Assembly: GCA_034722015.1 (NCBI GenBank)
Contig: JAYENI010000088.1
Location: forward strand, 30,574-94,573
Reading direction: 5' to 3'
Origin: Pseudomonadota bacterium
Lineage (GTDB): Bacteria; Pseudomonadota; Gammaproteobacteria; JAJDOJ01
DNA length: 64,000 nucleotides
Position 1 is the stretch's first letter, and each line of letters begins with the position of its first letter. The notes under the pieces are model-generated. The model saw only the letters and a program-made list of their open reading frames with translations, did no database searches and was not told the DNA's origin. Of this stretch, positions 51,560-61,472 are shown in pieces. The position numbers and the translations under genes were made by a program.

Positions 51560-52333
51560 ATGAAAGCCGTTTTGCTGGCTGGCGGTCTTGGCACGCGCCT
51601 GTCCGAGGAAACTTCGATTCGCCCGAAACCCATGGTAGAAATAGGCGGTAAGCCTATCCTGTGGCATATCATGAAGATCTACCATGGTCACGGAATCAAG
51701 GAATTCATTGTGTGCTGTGGTTACAAGGGCTTCGTTATCAAGGAGTACTTTGCGAACTACAGGCTGTATATGTCAGACGTGACATTCGATATTCGGGCGA
51801 ACGAGATGAAAATCCATCAGAGCGATGCCGAGGATTGGAAAGTGACCCTGGTCGACACCGGTGTAGACACAATGACGGGTGGAAGGATGCGGCGGGTGCA
51901 AGACTACCTTGGTGACGAAACATTCCTGATGACCTACGGTGACGGTGTCGGTGATATCGATATTGGAAAACTGATTTCGTTTCACCGGGAGCAAGGTACG
52001 CTCGCGACATTGACTGCGGTACAGCCGTCCGGGAGATTCGGTGCCTTTACACTCACGGATGATCAGAAAAAGATCGACCATTTCCGGGAGAAGCCAAGAG
52101 GTGACAATGCGTGGATCAACGGCGGGTATTTCGTCCTGGAGCCGGAAGTCCTCGACTACATCGAGGGTGATGATACCGTCTGGGAAAGAGATCCTATGGA
52201 ACGACTTGCTTCCGAGGGGCGACTATCCGCCTATCAGCATCACGGTTTCTGGCATCCGATGGACACACTGCGGGACAGGGACAATCTGGAATCAATCTGG
52301 GAAAGTCGCGATGCACCCTGGAAAAACTGGTAA
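51560..52333 (+). CDS. rfbF: glucose-1-phosphate cytidylyltransferase (CDP-glucose pyrophosphorylase)
   Basis: MKAVLLAGGLGTRL...PKPMVEIGGKPILWHIM, 257 aa, RfbF/DdhA family. Confidence 0.9.
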   Translation: MKAVLLAGGLGTRLSEETSIRPKPMVEIGGKPILWHIMKIYHGHGIKEFIVCCGYKGFVIKEYFANYRLYMSDVTFDIRANEMKIHQSDAEDWKVTLVDTGVDTMTGGRMRRVQDYLGDETFLMTYGDGVGDIDIGKLISFHREQGTLATLTAVQPSGRFGAFTLTDDQKKIDHFREKPRGDNAWINGGYFVLEPEVLDYIEGDDTVWERDPMERLASEGRLSAYQHHGFWHPMDTLRDRDNLESIWESRDAPWKNW

Positions 52334-52338
52334 CGGCA

Positions 52339-53532
52339 GTGACGGATTTCCTGGTTATCGGGGGCGGGATTATCGGCATCAGTATTGCCCGGGAACTGAA
52401 ACGAACCTACGCCGACGCATCGGTTGAAGTTGTAGAGAAGGAGTCCTCGGGAGGCGAGCATGCGAGTGGCCGCAACAGTGGTGTACTGCACGCAGGATTC
52501 TACTATACGGCAGACAGTCTGAAGGCCCGTTTTACAAGAGACGGCAACCGGGAACTCACGGAGTATTGTGAAAGTAGAAAAATCCCGCTGAACAAATGCG
52601 GGAAGCTTGTCGTGGCGAAGAACGAGACCGAAGACGTGATGCTGGACGAGTTGATGGTACGCGGCAGAAAAAATGGTGTTCTGCTCGATGAGGTGACGGC
52701 CGAGGAGGCGAAGGAGATCGAACCGAGGGTGAAGACTTACCGTCGCGCCCTGTTTTCGCCCACGACATCATCTGCTGATCCCCGGCAGGTACTTGCCGCC
52801 ATGGAGGCGGATGCCAAACGGGAAGGAATTCGGATTAGCTACTCGGTGAGCTTTGTCTCCAGGACGCGGGACGGGATTCGGGTGTCTGACGGCGTACGTA
52901 ATGTAGGATATGTCGTCAATGCGGCAGGCTTGTATGCGGACCGTATCGGTAAGGAGTTCGGATTTTCCGAAAACTACACGATTCTTCCCTTCAAGGGACT
53001 CTATCTGAGTTCGGATGAGCCTCCTGGGGCGTTTCGAACGAATATTTATCCAGTTCCTGACCTCAGAAATCCGTTTCTTGGCGTGCATTTTACGGTGAAG
53101 GCAGACGGACGTGTAAAGATCGGGCCCACGGCAATACCTGCCTTGTGGCGGGAACAGTACAGTGGATTCGAAAATTTCAATTCGGGAGAGGCATTCGAGA
53201 TGGCATTGCGTTCCGCGAGCCTGCTATTTTCCTCGGGTTTCGGATACTCGGGTCTTGCACTGTCGGAAGTCAGGAAATATTCAAGACGGTACATGGTGAA
53301 ACTTGCGGGAGAGCTTGCGACCGGTATCGAAGTTTCCGCCTTCCGGAAATGGGCGAGACCTGGAATCAGGGCCCAGCTTCTGGACACGCGGACGCGACGT
53401 TTGGAGATGGATTTCGTGCTCGAAGGAGACTCGCGATCGATGCATGTGCTGAACGCGGTGTCCCCAGGCTGGACGTGTTCCTTGCCGTTTTCCGCCCATG
53501 TCGTCAAGGCAATCGATAAAAAACTGGGATAA
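52339..53532 (+). CDS. FAD-dependent oxidoreductase of the L-2-hydroxyglutarate oxidase (LhgO/YgaF) / glycerol-3-phosphate-oxidase-like family
   Basis: N-terminal dinucleotide motif VIGGGIIGISIA..E, 397 aa; embedded between rfbF and the sugar epimerase genes. Confidence 0.75.
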   Translation: MTDFLVIGGGIIGISIARELKRTYADASVEVVEKESSGGEHASGRNSGVLHAGFYYTADSLKARFTRDGNRELTEYCESRKIPLNKCGKLVVAKNETEDVMLDELMVRGRKNGVLLDEVTAEEAKEIEPRVKTYRRALFSPTTSSADPRQVLAAMEADAKREGIRISYSVSFVSRTRDGIRVSDGVRNVGYVVNAAGLYADRIGKEFGFSENYTILPFKGLYLSSDEPPGAFRTNIYPVPDLRNPFLGVHFTVKADGRVKIGPTAIPALWREQYSGFENFNSGEAFEMALRSASLLFSSGFGYSGLALSEVRKYSRRYMVKLAGELATGIEVSAFRKWARPGIRAQLLDTRTRRLEMDFVLEGDSRSMHVLNAVSPGWTCSLPFSAHVVKAIDKKLG

Positions 53533-53551
53533 GAAAAAGAGGTAGTCGCTG

Positions 53552-54595
53552 GTGAATATCGTTATAACGGGGAACATGGGTTACATTGGTCCGACTCTGG
53601 TGAGAATGCTTCTGTCATCCGAACCAGATGCAAACATTTATGGGATCGATTCCGGCTTTTTTGCGCATTGCCTGACCGGAGTCAGATCGTTTCCGGAACA
53701 CAACCTAAAGGCGCAGTTCTTCCGGGACATACGGGATATCGACGAGACCCTGCTGCAAGGCATGGATGGCGTTATTCATCTGGCAGCGATTTCAAACGAC
53801 CCAATGGGAAAAGCCTTCGAGGAAGTGACGGCAGACGTCAATTACCGCGCAAGTGTCAAACTGGCAAAGTTGGCAAGGAAGGCTGGTGTTGGGCGGTTTG
53901 TATTTGCATCGAGTTGTAGTGTCTACGGTTATGCGGAGGGCGAAGCACGGGATGAGCGTTCCGAGCTGAATCCTCTTACGGCGTATGCCCGTTCCAAGAT
54001 AGCCACGGAAAAGGACATCGAGCCGCTGGCGAGTGAGGAATTCGTTATCACCAGCCTGCGATTCCCCACTGCGTGCGGCATGAGCGACAGGCTTCGCCTG
54101 GATCTGGTTCTCAATGATTTCGTCGCCTCTGCTGTCTCAACAGGAAAGATCAGGATCCTTAGCGACGGAACGCCGTGGAGACCATTGATCGATATAAAGG
54201 ATATGAGCCGTTCGATGAGCTGGGCGGTTGAACGCAATCCCGAAGACGGGGGGAATTTTCTTGCGGTGAACGTGGGACGCACCGAGTGGAACTATCAGGT
54301 CAGGGACGTAGCCGAGGCCGTAAGGGCGGAAATGCCACACGTGGAGATTGAAGTCAACAAGGATGCCATGCCTGACAAGCGATCCTATCAGGTTGACTTT
54401 GGCATGTATGCGGGTCTCGCACCGGACCACCTGCCGGAAGTGGATCTCGCCCAGTCGATTCGGGAGCTCAGGAAAGGACTGACCGATATGGGGTTCGACA
54501 ACGGTGAGTTTCGAAATTCGGACTTCATGCGACTGAAGGTACTTACGGGCCTGCGTGAGCGCGGGATGCTGGATGAGGAATTACGTTGGCAATAG
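53552..54595 (+). CDS. NAD-dependent epimerase/dehydratase-family protein (extended SDR, nucleotide-sugar modifying)
   Basis: ITGNMGYIG Rossmann motif, YARSK catalytic YxxxK; 347 aa. Confidence 0.75.
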   Translation: MNIVITGNMGYIGPTLVRMLLSSEPDANIYGIDSGFFAHCLTGVRSFPEHNLKAQFFRDIRDIDETLLQGMDGVIHLAAISNDPMGKAFEEVTADVNYRASVKLAKLARKAGVGRFVFASSCSVYGYAEGEARDERSELNPLTAYARSKIATEKDIEPLASEEFVITSLRFPTACGMSDRLRLDLVLNDFVASAVSTGKIRILSDGTPWRPLIDIKDMSRSMSWAVERNPEDGGNFLAVNVGRTEWNYQVRDVAEAVRAEMPHVEIEVNKDAMPDKRSYQVDFGMYAGLAPDHLPEVDLAQSIRELRKGLTDMGFDNGEFRNSDFMRLKVLTGLRERGMLDEELRWQ

Positions 54596-54722
54596 CACAG
54601 TCGATTTTGGTGTTCCGGTTTTCCGATGTTGGTTGAGGCGTGTTTCTTTTCTGGGCAAGGCCCCATCTGACCCGCCAATGTGTCGTGAGTGCGGGAGAAA
54701 TCCGGACTCAGTGAGATAAGCA

Positions 54723-55253
54723 ATGAAATTTACAGAGACCCGATTGCCCGGCGCATACGTCGTGGAGCCCGAACCGCTCGTTGATGAGAGGGGGTTCTTC
54801 GCCCGTGCCTGGTGCAGCAGCGAATTCGAGAAGAATGGGCTGGTGAACCGGTCGGTACAGGCGAACATGTCGAGCACCAGGAAAAAGGGAACGATGAGGG
54901 GACTGCATCATCAGGTCCCTCCTCATGCCGAGACCAAGTTTTTTCGGTGTACCAGAGGCAGTCTGTTCGATGTCATCGTGGACCTGCGCAAGGATTCCCC
55001 CACCTTCCGGCAATGGACGGGATTGGAATTGTCCGCGGAAAATCACGTGGCCATCTATGTGCCGGAAGGATTCGCGCACGGTTATCTTACGCTGGAAGAC
55101 GAAACAGACGCCTATTACCAGGTTTCAGAGTTCTATACGCCGGGCGCCGAACGCGGTTTCAGATATGATGACCCGGCTTTCGGCATAGATTGGCCGATAG
55201 AACCCCGTGTCGTGTCGGACAAGGACCTGTCATGGGAACCCTTCGGGTGTTGA
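54723..55253 (+). CDS. dTDP-4-dehydrorhamnose 3,5-epimerase-family (RmlC-like cupin) sugar-nucleotide epimerase
   Basis: RGFFARAW....RGLHHQ...K.FRCTRGSLFDVIVDLR...YVPEGFAHGY, typical RmlC motifs; 176 aa. Confidence 0.85.
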   Translation: MKFTETRLPGAYVVEPEPLVDERGFFARAWCSSEFEKNGLVNRSVQANMSSTRKKGTMRGLHHQVPPHAETKFFRCTRGSLFDVIVDLRKDSPTFRQWTGLELSAENHVAIYVPEGFAHGYLTLEDETDAYYQVSEFYTPGAERGFRYDDPAFGIDWPIEPRVVSDKDLSWEPFGC

Positions 55254-55303
55254 GGCGACGAGCCCTCGATGGAGATCCGCATAAATCATGATGGAATGGA
55301 AGG

Positions 55304-56140
55304 ATGTCTAGCGAAAATGACTTGAATGACGTAGCGGTAATCAGACCTCCGAAGAGCTGGGAGCTTCTCGATTTCAGGGAGTTGCTCGCCTATCGCGATC
55401 TTTTTTACTTTCTGGTGTGGAGGGACATCAAGGTTCTCTACGCCCAGACGGTACTGGGATTCGCATGGGCCATACTTAACCCGCTGATACAAATCATCAT
55501 TTTCAGCGTAATTTTCGGAAAGGTTGCGCGCCTGGATACGGGAGGAATTCCGTATGTTCTTTTCTCTACGGTTGCCATCATCCCGTGGACCTATATGTCT
55601 GAGGCAATGTCGGCGTCAAGCCAGAGCCTGGTCACCGGGCAGAATATGCTGGGAAAGGTCTATTTTCCCAGATTGATTTTTCCGCTGACCCCGGTTCTGG
55701 CAAAGCTGGTTGATTTCAGTATTTCTCTGTTGCTCCTCGTTGGCGTGATGATCTACTACAAGATTACCCCGTCGATCAATCTTGTCTACCTGCCCGTATT
55801 TGTGCTGCTGATGATGGCCATTCCCGCCGGTGTCGGGTTGTGGATGTCGTCTCTGGCCATTCGATTCAGGGATGTCAAGTTCGCCATGCCGTTTGTCATG
55901 CGCATGCTGATCTATACCGCCCCGATTCTCTATTCCGCGGAGAAGATCCCGGAGCAGTACCGGTTGCTTTACTCTCTCAACCCGATCGTTGGTGTGATCG
56001 AAGGTTATCGGGCCTGCCTGCTCGGGACGGAAATGCAGTGGGAGTACATCCTTCCGGGGGTGGTGACGGGGGTATTGTTACTGGTAAGCGGTGCAATGTA
56101 TTTCCGGCGCATGGAACGTGTGTTCGTCGACGTCATTTGA
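55304..56140 (+). CDS. wzm: ABC-2 type polysaccharide/O-antigen export permease
   Basis: 6-TM ABC-2 permease, about 278 aa, paired with the downstream ATPase. Confidence 0.85.
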   Translation: MSSENDLNDVAVIRPPKSWELLDFRELLAYRDLFYFLVWRDIKVLYAQTVLGFAWAILNPLIQIIIFSVIFGKVARLDTGGIPYVLFSTVAIIPWTYMSEAMSASSQSLVTGQNMLGKVYFPRLIFPLTPVLAKLVDFSISLLLLVGVMIYYKITPSINLVYLPVFVLLMMAIPAGVGLWMSSLAIRFRDVKFAMPFVMRMLIYTAPILYSAEKIPEQYRLLYSLNPIVGVIEGYRACLLGTEMQWEYILPGVVTGVLLLVSGAMYFRRMERVFVDVI

Positions 56141-56197
56141 TCGTAACAGGAGGCGGCGGTTTCCCGGAACGCGGGGCGTCGCACGTTTGGTAAGAAG

Positions 56198-57520
56198 ATG
56201 AAAAAAGATCTCGCCATCGAAGTTGAAAATATCAGCAAGATCTACCGAATCGGAACGCGCGAAAAGTCGAATGACAACTTCGCCGGTGCGATGTTCGATT
56301 ATGTGAGAAGTCCGCTTGAGAATTTCAGAAAATACAAATCATTGTATGATTTCTCAGACGTCGAACAGTCGACCGGGGAAGATGAAGACCCGTCGGTGCT
56401 TTGGGCGTTGCGGGACGTCTCGTTCGAAATTCCCAGAGGAGAGGTCGTCGGTGTGATCGGTACAAATGGTGCCGGCAAGTCTACGCTACTGAAGATCCTT
56501 TCCAGGATTACACCGCCGACGCGTGGACAGGTCGGTATCCGCGGCAGGGTGAGCAGCCTTCTGGAGGTTGGCACCGGTTTTCACCAGGAATTGACGGGAC
56601 GCGAAAACGTCTACCTTAACGGCACTATTCTCGGTATGCGCAAGCGCGAGGTCGACAGGAAGTTCGACGAAATCGTCGACTTCTCCGGAGTGGACAAGTT
56701 CCTGGATACCCCGGTGAAGCGCTATTCGAGCGGCATGCGGGTACGTCTGGCGTTTGCGGTCGCAGCGCATCTCGAGCCGGAGATATTGATCATCGACGAA
56801 GTGCTCGCGGTGGGCGATGCCACTTTTCAGCAGAAATGCATGAACAAGATGCAGGACGTTGGTCAGCAGGGACGCACAGTGCTGTTCGTGTCTCACAACA
56901 TGGCTGCCGTTACGAGACTCTGTCCGCGGGCGATCCTGCTCGATCAAGGCGGTCTGGTCGAGGACGGGCCTTCGAACAGGGTCGTAGAGCACTATCTCAA
57001 GACCGGGCTGGGAACGACACCCGTGAGGGCGTGGGACGATTTGACGAACGCGCCGGGAGATGACGTCGTCAGGTTACGCCGTATCAACGTATCCACCGAG
57101 CAGGGGGAGTCTCCGGACAGCGTCGATATCAGGCGGCCGTTGGGATTGCGGATGGAATACCGAGTGCTGAAGGAAGGAAAGGTACTGTTTCCGTACTTCA
57201 TCGTCACCAATGAACAGGGCGTCATGGTATTTTCCACGATCGACCAGGATCCCGAATGGCTGGGGCGTCCGCGTCCCCCGGGGGATTACGTCAGTACGGC
57301 CTGGATTCCGGGAAATCTGCTCAGCGAAGGAATTTTCTACGTCAACCCCGTGATGCGGGCACCGGAGCGCAGAATCAGGCACTTCAACGAGAAGGACGCG
57401 GTGGCTTTTAACATCATCGATCCGGCTGAGGGCGACTCCTCGCGCGGGCACTGGACCGGACGGCTCAGCGGCGTTGTCCGCCCCATGCTCAGATGGGAAA
57501 CTGAATTTACGCCAGCCTAG
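56198..57520 (+). CDS. wzt: polysaccharide/O-antigen ABC transporter ATP-binding protein with a C-terminal substrate-binding (Wzt_C-like) domain
   Basis: Walker A GTNGAGKST, signature YSSGMRVRLAF, Walker B ILIIDE; about 190-aa extra C-terminal beta-rich domain. Confidence 0.85.
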   Translation: MKKDLAIEVENISKIYRIGTREKSNDNFAGAMFDYVRSPLENFRKYKSLYDFSDVEQSTGEDEDPSVLWALRDVSFEIPRGEVVGVIGTNGAGKSTLLKILSRITPPTRGQVGIRGRVSSLLEVGTGFHQELTGRENVYLNGTILGMRKREVDRKFDEIVDFSGVDKFLDTPVKRYSSGMRVRLAFAVAAHLEPEILIIDEVLAVGDATFQQKCMNKMQDVGQQGRTVLFVSHNMAAVTRLCPRAILLDQGGLVEDGPSNRVVEHYLKTGLGTTPVRAWDDLTNAPGDDVVRLRRINVSTEQGESPDSVDIRRPLGLRMEYRVLKEGKVLFPYFIVTNEQGVMVFSTIDQDPEWLGRPRPPGDYVSTAWIPGNLLSEGIFYVNPVMRAPERRIRHFNEKDAVAFNIIDPAEGDSSRGHWTGRLSGVVRPMLRWETEFTPA

Positions 57521-57610
57521 CTGCGCATGCCGCCGGCACGCGCCAGGTAATATCCGAGCCCCTCACAGGTGGGCGGTTGCGTACCGTTGCCGAGGCGGCT
57601 CGGGCCCGTG

Positions 57611-58081
57611 TCACATGTGGTGACTGAACAAACCTTCCCTAGCGTTGCCCATCAGGGCGCGAAAATTATCCGCGCTTACCTTGACAAGGGATTCGTGATC
57701 ACCTGCCTCGAAATAGACTTCCTGCTCTCGCCCCAGATGTGAGTCCCAGAGTGCCTGTATCCCGTAGGCGTCCCCGACTGGAGGTGCGGCACCGCGGGCG
57801 CAATCCGGGAACAGGTCGCTGAGTTCGTCCTCGGTTGCCATGCCCACGATGTTGTGAATTTCCTCACCGACCTTTTCAAGATCGAGGTGATAGTCGGCGG
57901 GAATCACGACCATGGCGTAGTGGTCGTGCGTCTTTACGACGACGGCCTTTGCCAGCCGGTCACCGGGAACGTGTGCCTCCTCGGCCGACTCCAGACTCGA
58001 CCCGGTACGCGTGTGCGACACAAGTTCGAAAGGAATCCCGTTCGAATTCAGGTAGGTGTTCAGTTTGGTTGCGATTGCCAT
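57611..58081 (-). CDS. YbaK/ProX-family aminoacyl-tRNA deacylase domain protein
   Basis: 156 aa from MAIATKLNTYLNSNGIPFELVSH with the YbaK-like fold signature (..KAVVVK....VVIPADYHLDL.K). Confidence 0.65.
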   Translation of the reverse strand: MAIATKLNTYLNSNGIPFELVSHTRTGSSLESAEEAHVPGDRLAKAVVVKTHDHYAMVVIPADYHLDLEKVGEEIHNIVGMATEDELSDLFPDCARGAAPPVGDAYGIQALWDSHLGREQEVYFEAGDHESLVKVSADNFRALMGNAREGLFSHHM

Positions 58082-58248
58082 TTGTCGCCCTCGGTTCCGG
58101 AAAATGGTTTCCAATGAAATCATGGACTGGATCCGGGGGGCTTGCAAGCGGAGTCGCCGGGTTGTCTGATTGATGTCAACGCAGGGGCGGATCGGCGGCC
58201 GCGAGAACGGCCAGGCCCCCTGTCGGCGGGCTCTGCCAAGCATGCGAT

Positions 58249-58965
58249 ATGATGCGCTCCATGGACAGAAATGAATCGCTTATCCGGGTAAGAGACCTGC
58301 ACCGGGCCTATCGCGAGGGTGATCGGTCCCGTGTTGTGCTGGACGGTATCAACCTGGATGTGCCGCAGGGGGAAATCGTCGGATTGCTGGGTCGTAGTGG
58401 ATCCGGCAAGTCGACCCTGCTGAATCTCCTGGCGGGAATCGACCGTGCCGACCAGGGTGAGGTTTGGATCGCAGGGATCGATCTACAGGGTGGTTCGGAG
58501 CGTCGGCGAACCTTGTTCCGGCGGACCCACATCGGATTTGTCTATCAGTTCTTCAATCTGATTCCCACACTGACCGCCGCTGACAATATCCGTCTTCCGC
58601 TGGAACTCAACGGCGCAGGCACCCGCGAGGCACAGGTACGCGTATATCGATTGCTCGAGTCCGTGGGTCTGGAGGACCGGGGGGGGGCGTTTCCGGATGA
58701 CCTCTCCGGCGGAGAGCAACAGCGTGTCGCCGTCGCGCGCGCACTCGCCCACCGCCCCCCGGTCGTGCTTGCTGACGAGCCGACCGGGAATCTGGACGCC
58801 GAGACCGGAAAGTCGGTCATGGATCTATTGGCCCGGATGGTCGTGGAACACGGCACAACCCTGATTCTGGTGACCCACAGCGCCGCCGTCGCGGGGTTTG
58901 CAGATCGATGCCTGACCCTGGAAGCGGGGCGATTGTCCGGAGACCACGATACTACGGCATGGTGA
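58249..58965 (+). CDS. ABC transporter ATP-binding protein (MacB/LolD/YbbA-type)
   Basis: Walker A GRSGSGKST, signature LSGGEQQRVAVARAL, Walker B VVLADEPTGNLD. Confidence 0.9.
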   Translation: MMRSMDRNESLIRVRDLHRAYREGDRSRVVLDGINLDVPQGEIVGLLGRSGSGKSTLLNLLAGIDRADQGEVWIAGIDLQGGSERRRTLFRRTHIGFVYQFFNLIPTLTAADNIRLPLELNGAGTREAQVRVYRLLESVGLEDRGGAFPDDLSGGEQQRVAVARALAHRPPVVLADEPTGNLDAETGKSVMDLLARMVVEHGTTLILVTHSAAVAGFADRCLTLEAGRLSGDHDTTAW

Positions 58966-61472
58966 ACCGGACCCTTTTGCGAGGTGCGACGGCCTTTCAT
59001 GCGAGGCACCCCTGGCAAGCGGTATTGGCCGTGGTGGCGGTGGCACTGGGTGTTGCCATGGTGGTCGCCGTGGATCTAGCCAATGAGAGCGCCCTTCGGG
59101 CCTTCCGGCTTTCCGCCGAAGCGGTGACGGGAACGGCAACGCATCAGCTGACGTCTCCTCCCGTTGGGATTGCGGAGCACATTTATACGGACCTCCGCCT
59201 GCGTCACGGTTTCAGGCTTAGCGCGCCATTTGTGGAGGGTGCGGCCGCCTATCACGGAGAGACCCTTCGGCTGCTGGGGATCGACCCGCTCGCCGAGGCA
59301 CCCTTCCGGAACTGGCGCTCGTCAGGTGCGGGCGGCGGGGCGTCGCGTCTACTGTCCGAGCCGGACACTGTGCTCATGGCAAGTTTGACCGCAGACCGAA
59401 TGAAGATCTCCGAGGGCGATCAGCTCAACCTCGTCGTGAGCGGGCGTCAGGTGTTGGTCACGGTGGCGGGCATCTTCGAGAATGAAAATCCGCAGGCGAT
59501 CGATGGTGTGATGCTGGCGGACATCGCCACTGCACAGGAGCTGCTCGGCAGTGAAGGCCGAATTGACCGGATCGATCTCATCCTGACCACCGACGACGCG
59601 GACCGTCTTGCCCGATTGCTTTCTCAGGGAATGGTGCTGGAGGCGGCTTCGGCGGGTACGCGCAACATGCTGAACATGACTCGCGCGTTCCACACCAACC
59701 TCTCGGCGATGAGCCTGCTTTCCGTCCTGGTCGGCGGGTTTCTGATCTACAACATGATGACCTTTACGATCCTGCGCCGACGCGCGACCCTGGGGATTCA
59801 GCGCATGCTGGGTGTCACGAGGCGCGAGATCTTTCTGCTCGTGCTGGCAGAGACACTTGCACTGGGCCTGATTGGCTCGCTGTCGGGTGTCGTTCTTGGC
59901 TGGTTTCTGGGTCACGGTCTGCTCCGGCTGGTGGCACGTACGATCAACGACATCTATTTTGCCGTCAACGTGACGTCGCTGAGCTTCGAGCCGTGGTTGC
60001 TGACCAAGGGCATCATCGTCGGCGCCGGCGCCGCGGTACTCGCCGGCCTCGGCCCGGCCATTGAGGCCTCGAGGGCCTCGCCGCTCGAAGTGCGGCGCCG
60101 GTCCTCGCTGGAGAGAAGCGGACATCGCTGGGCCCCCTGGCTCTCGTTGGCGGGATTGCTGGTCTGCGGGGCCGGATATGGTGTATTGCGACTGGTGGAA
60201 AGAGACCTCGGATTCGGCTTCGTCGCACTGTTTCTACTGGTGACAGGTTACGCCATGATGGTTCCCGCTGCGGTCTTGTTGATGCTGCGCGTCGCCGCGC
60301 CGGTGATGGGCGGGCTCACCGGGGTGACCGGGCGTTTCGCCGTGCGGGGTGTCTCCGCGGGCCTCAGCCGCACAGGGCTGGCAATTTCCGCGCTTGTGGT
60401 TGCGACGGCGGCCACCGTCGGTGTGGGAATAATGATCGGGAGTTTCCGCGATTCCGTCTCCGTCTGGCTGCACCAGACGTTGCAGAGCGACATCTATGTG
60501 TCCGTAGACGGGCCCGGATCGGACGCCTTGCTGGATCCTCGGGTCGAGGGGCTGATGCGGGAGGTCCAGGGCGTCGATTCACTGAGTACGGGGAGGGTGG
60601 TGCCGCTTCGTACGGCCTTCGGTGACGTCGATGCGCTGGTACTTGGACCAGGCACACACAGCAGGGACGGATACCGCTTGCTCGGTGACGATATCGAACG
60701 GATCTGGCCCCGGTTAGAGAACGCGGAGGTCGTACTGGTATCCGAGCCCCTGGCCTGGCAACACGGGATCCGGTCGGGCGACACAATCGAATTGCTGGCC
60801 GGCACCGCTGGCCCGCTGCAGGTGCCTGTCGGCGGTGTATTTCGTGACTACAGTTCGAGCAGCGGATTGCTGGTCATGGCCCGTGCGCTGTACGAGCGCT
60901 ACTGGGATGATCCCGGAGTCGCGACGGTGGGGGTCAGGCTGGATCCGGCCGCGGATCCGGACGAACTGGCCGGGCGACTTCGCATGGCCCTGTCGGAAAC
61001 AGGTCAGGACCTGAGGGTGAGTCACGCCGCTGCGATTCGCGAGATGTCACTGGAGGTCTTTGACCGCACGTTTGCCGTGACCCGGGTCTTGAGGTGGTTG
61101 ACCATCGGGGTAGCGGTTGTCGGATTTCTGAGTGCCCTGCTCGCGCTGCAGATTGAGCAGGCCAGGGAACACGCCTTGCTGCGTGCAACCGGGGTCACAC
61201 CCGCAGGGCTGTTTGCGCTGGTCCTGTCCCAGACGGGCATCATGGGCTTGATGGCCGGGCTGCTGGCCCTGCCGCTGGGCGGGTTGATGTCGGTCGTACT
61301 GATTCACGTGATCAACCAGCGCGCGTTCGGCTGGAGCATGGAGACCACAATACCGCCGGAGGTCATACCCGAGGCCCTGGTGCTGTCCCTTGTGGCGGCC
61401 CTGGTCGCCGGGACGCTCCCCGCGTTACGCATGAGCCGGATTCCTCCCGCCTTGGCACTGAGGGAGGAGTAA
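58959..61472 (+). CDS. ABC transporter permease with two FtsX-type 4-TM domains and large periplasmic domains (YbbP/MacB-like)
   Basis: 837 aa; the FtsX topology is duplicated; ATG overlaps the stop of the ATPase gene. Confidence 0.85.
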   Translation: MVNRTLLRGATAFHARHPWQAVLAVVAVALGVAMVVAVDLANESALRAFRLSAEAVTGTATHQLTSPPVGIAEHIYTDLRLRHGFRLSAPFVEGAAAYHGETLRLLGIDPLAEAPFRNWRSSGAGGGASRLLSEPDTVLMASLTADRMKISEGDQLNLVVSGRQVLVTVAGIFENENPQAIDGVMLADIATAQELLGSEGRIDRIDLILTTDDADRLARLLSQGMVLEAASAGTRNMLNMTRAFHTNLSAMSLLSVLVGGFLIYNMMTFTILRRRATLGIQRMLGVTRREIFLLVLAETLALGLIGSLSGVVLGWFLGHGLLRLVARTINDIYFAVNVTSLSFEPWLLTKGIIVGAGAAVLAGLGPAIEASRASPLEVRRRSSLERSGHRWAPWLSLAGLLVCGAGYGVLRLVERDLGFGFVALFLLVTGYAMMVPAAVLLMLRVAAPVMGGLTGVTGRFAVRGVSAGLSRTGLAISALVVATAATVGVGIMIGSFRDSVSVWLHQTLQSDIYVSVDGPGSDALLDPRVEGLMREVQGVDSLSTGRVVPLRTAFGDVDALVLGPGTHSRDGYRLLGDDIERIWPRLENAEVVLVSEPLAWQHGIRSGDTIELLAGTAGPLQVPVGGVFRDYSSSSGLLVMARALYERYWDDPGVATVGVRLDPAADPDELAGRLRMALSETGQDLRVSHAAAIREMSLEVFDRTFAVTRVLRWLTIGVAVVGFLSALLALQIEQAREHALLRATGVTPAGLFALVLSQTGIMGLMAGLLALPLGGLMSVVLIHVINQRAFGWSMETTIPPEVIPEALVLSLVAALVAGTLPALRMSRIPPALALREE

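Noticed and set aside
46951-57520. Exosortase (xrtA) or PEP-CTERM substrate genes within the polysaccharide island
   Set aside because: No 8-TM EpsH-like protein and no PEP-CTERM-tailed ORF is present in the window. The PEP-CTERM association of the OMP, Wzz-like and kinase-like trio is therefore only an analogy and remains unconfirmed.
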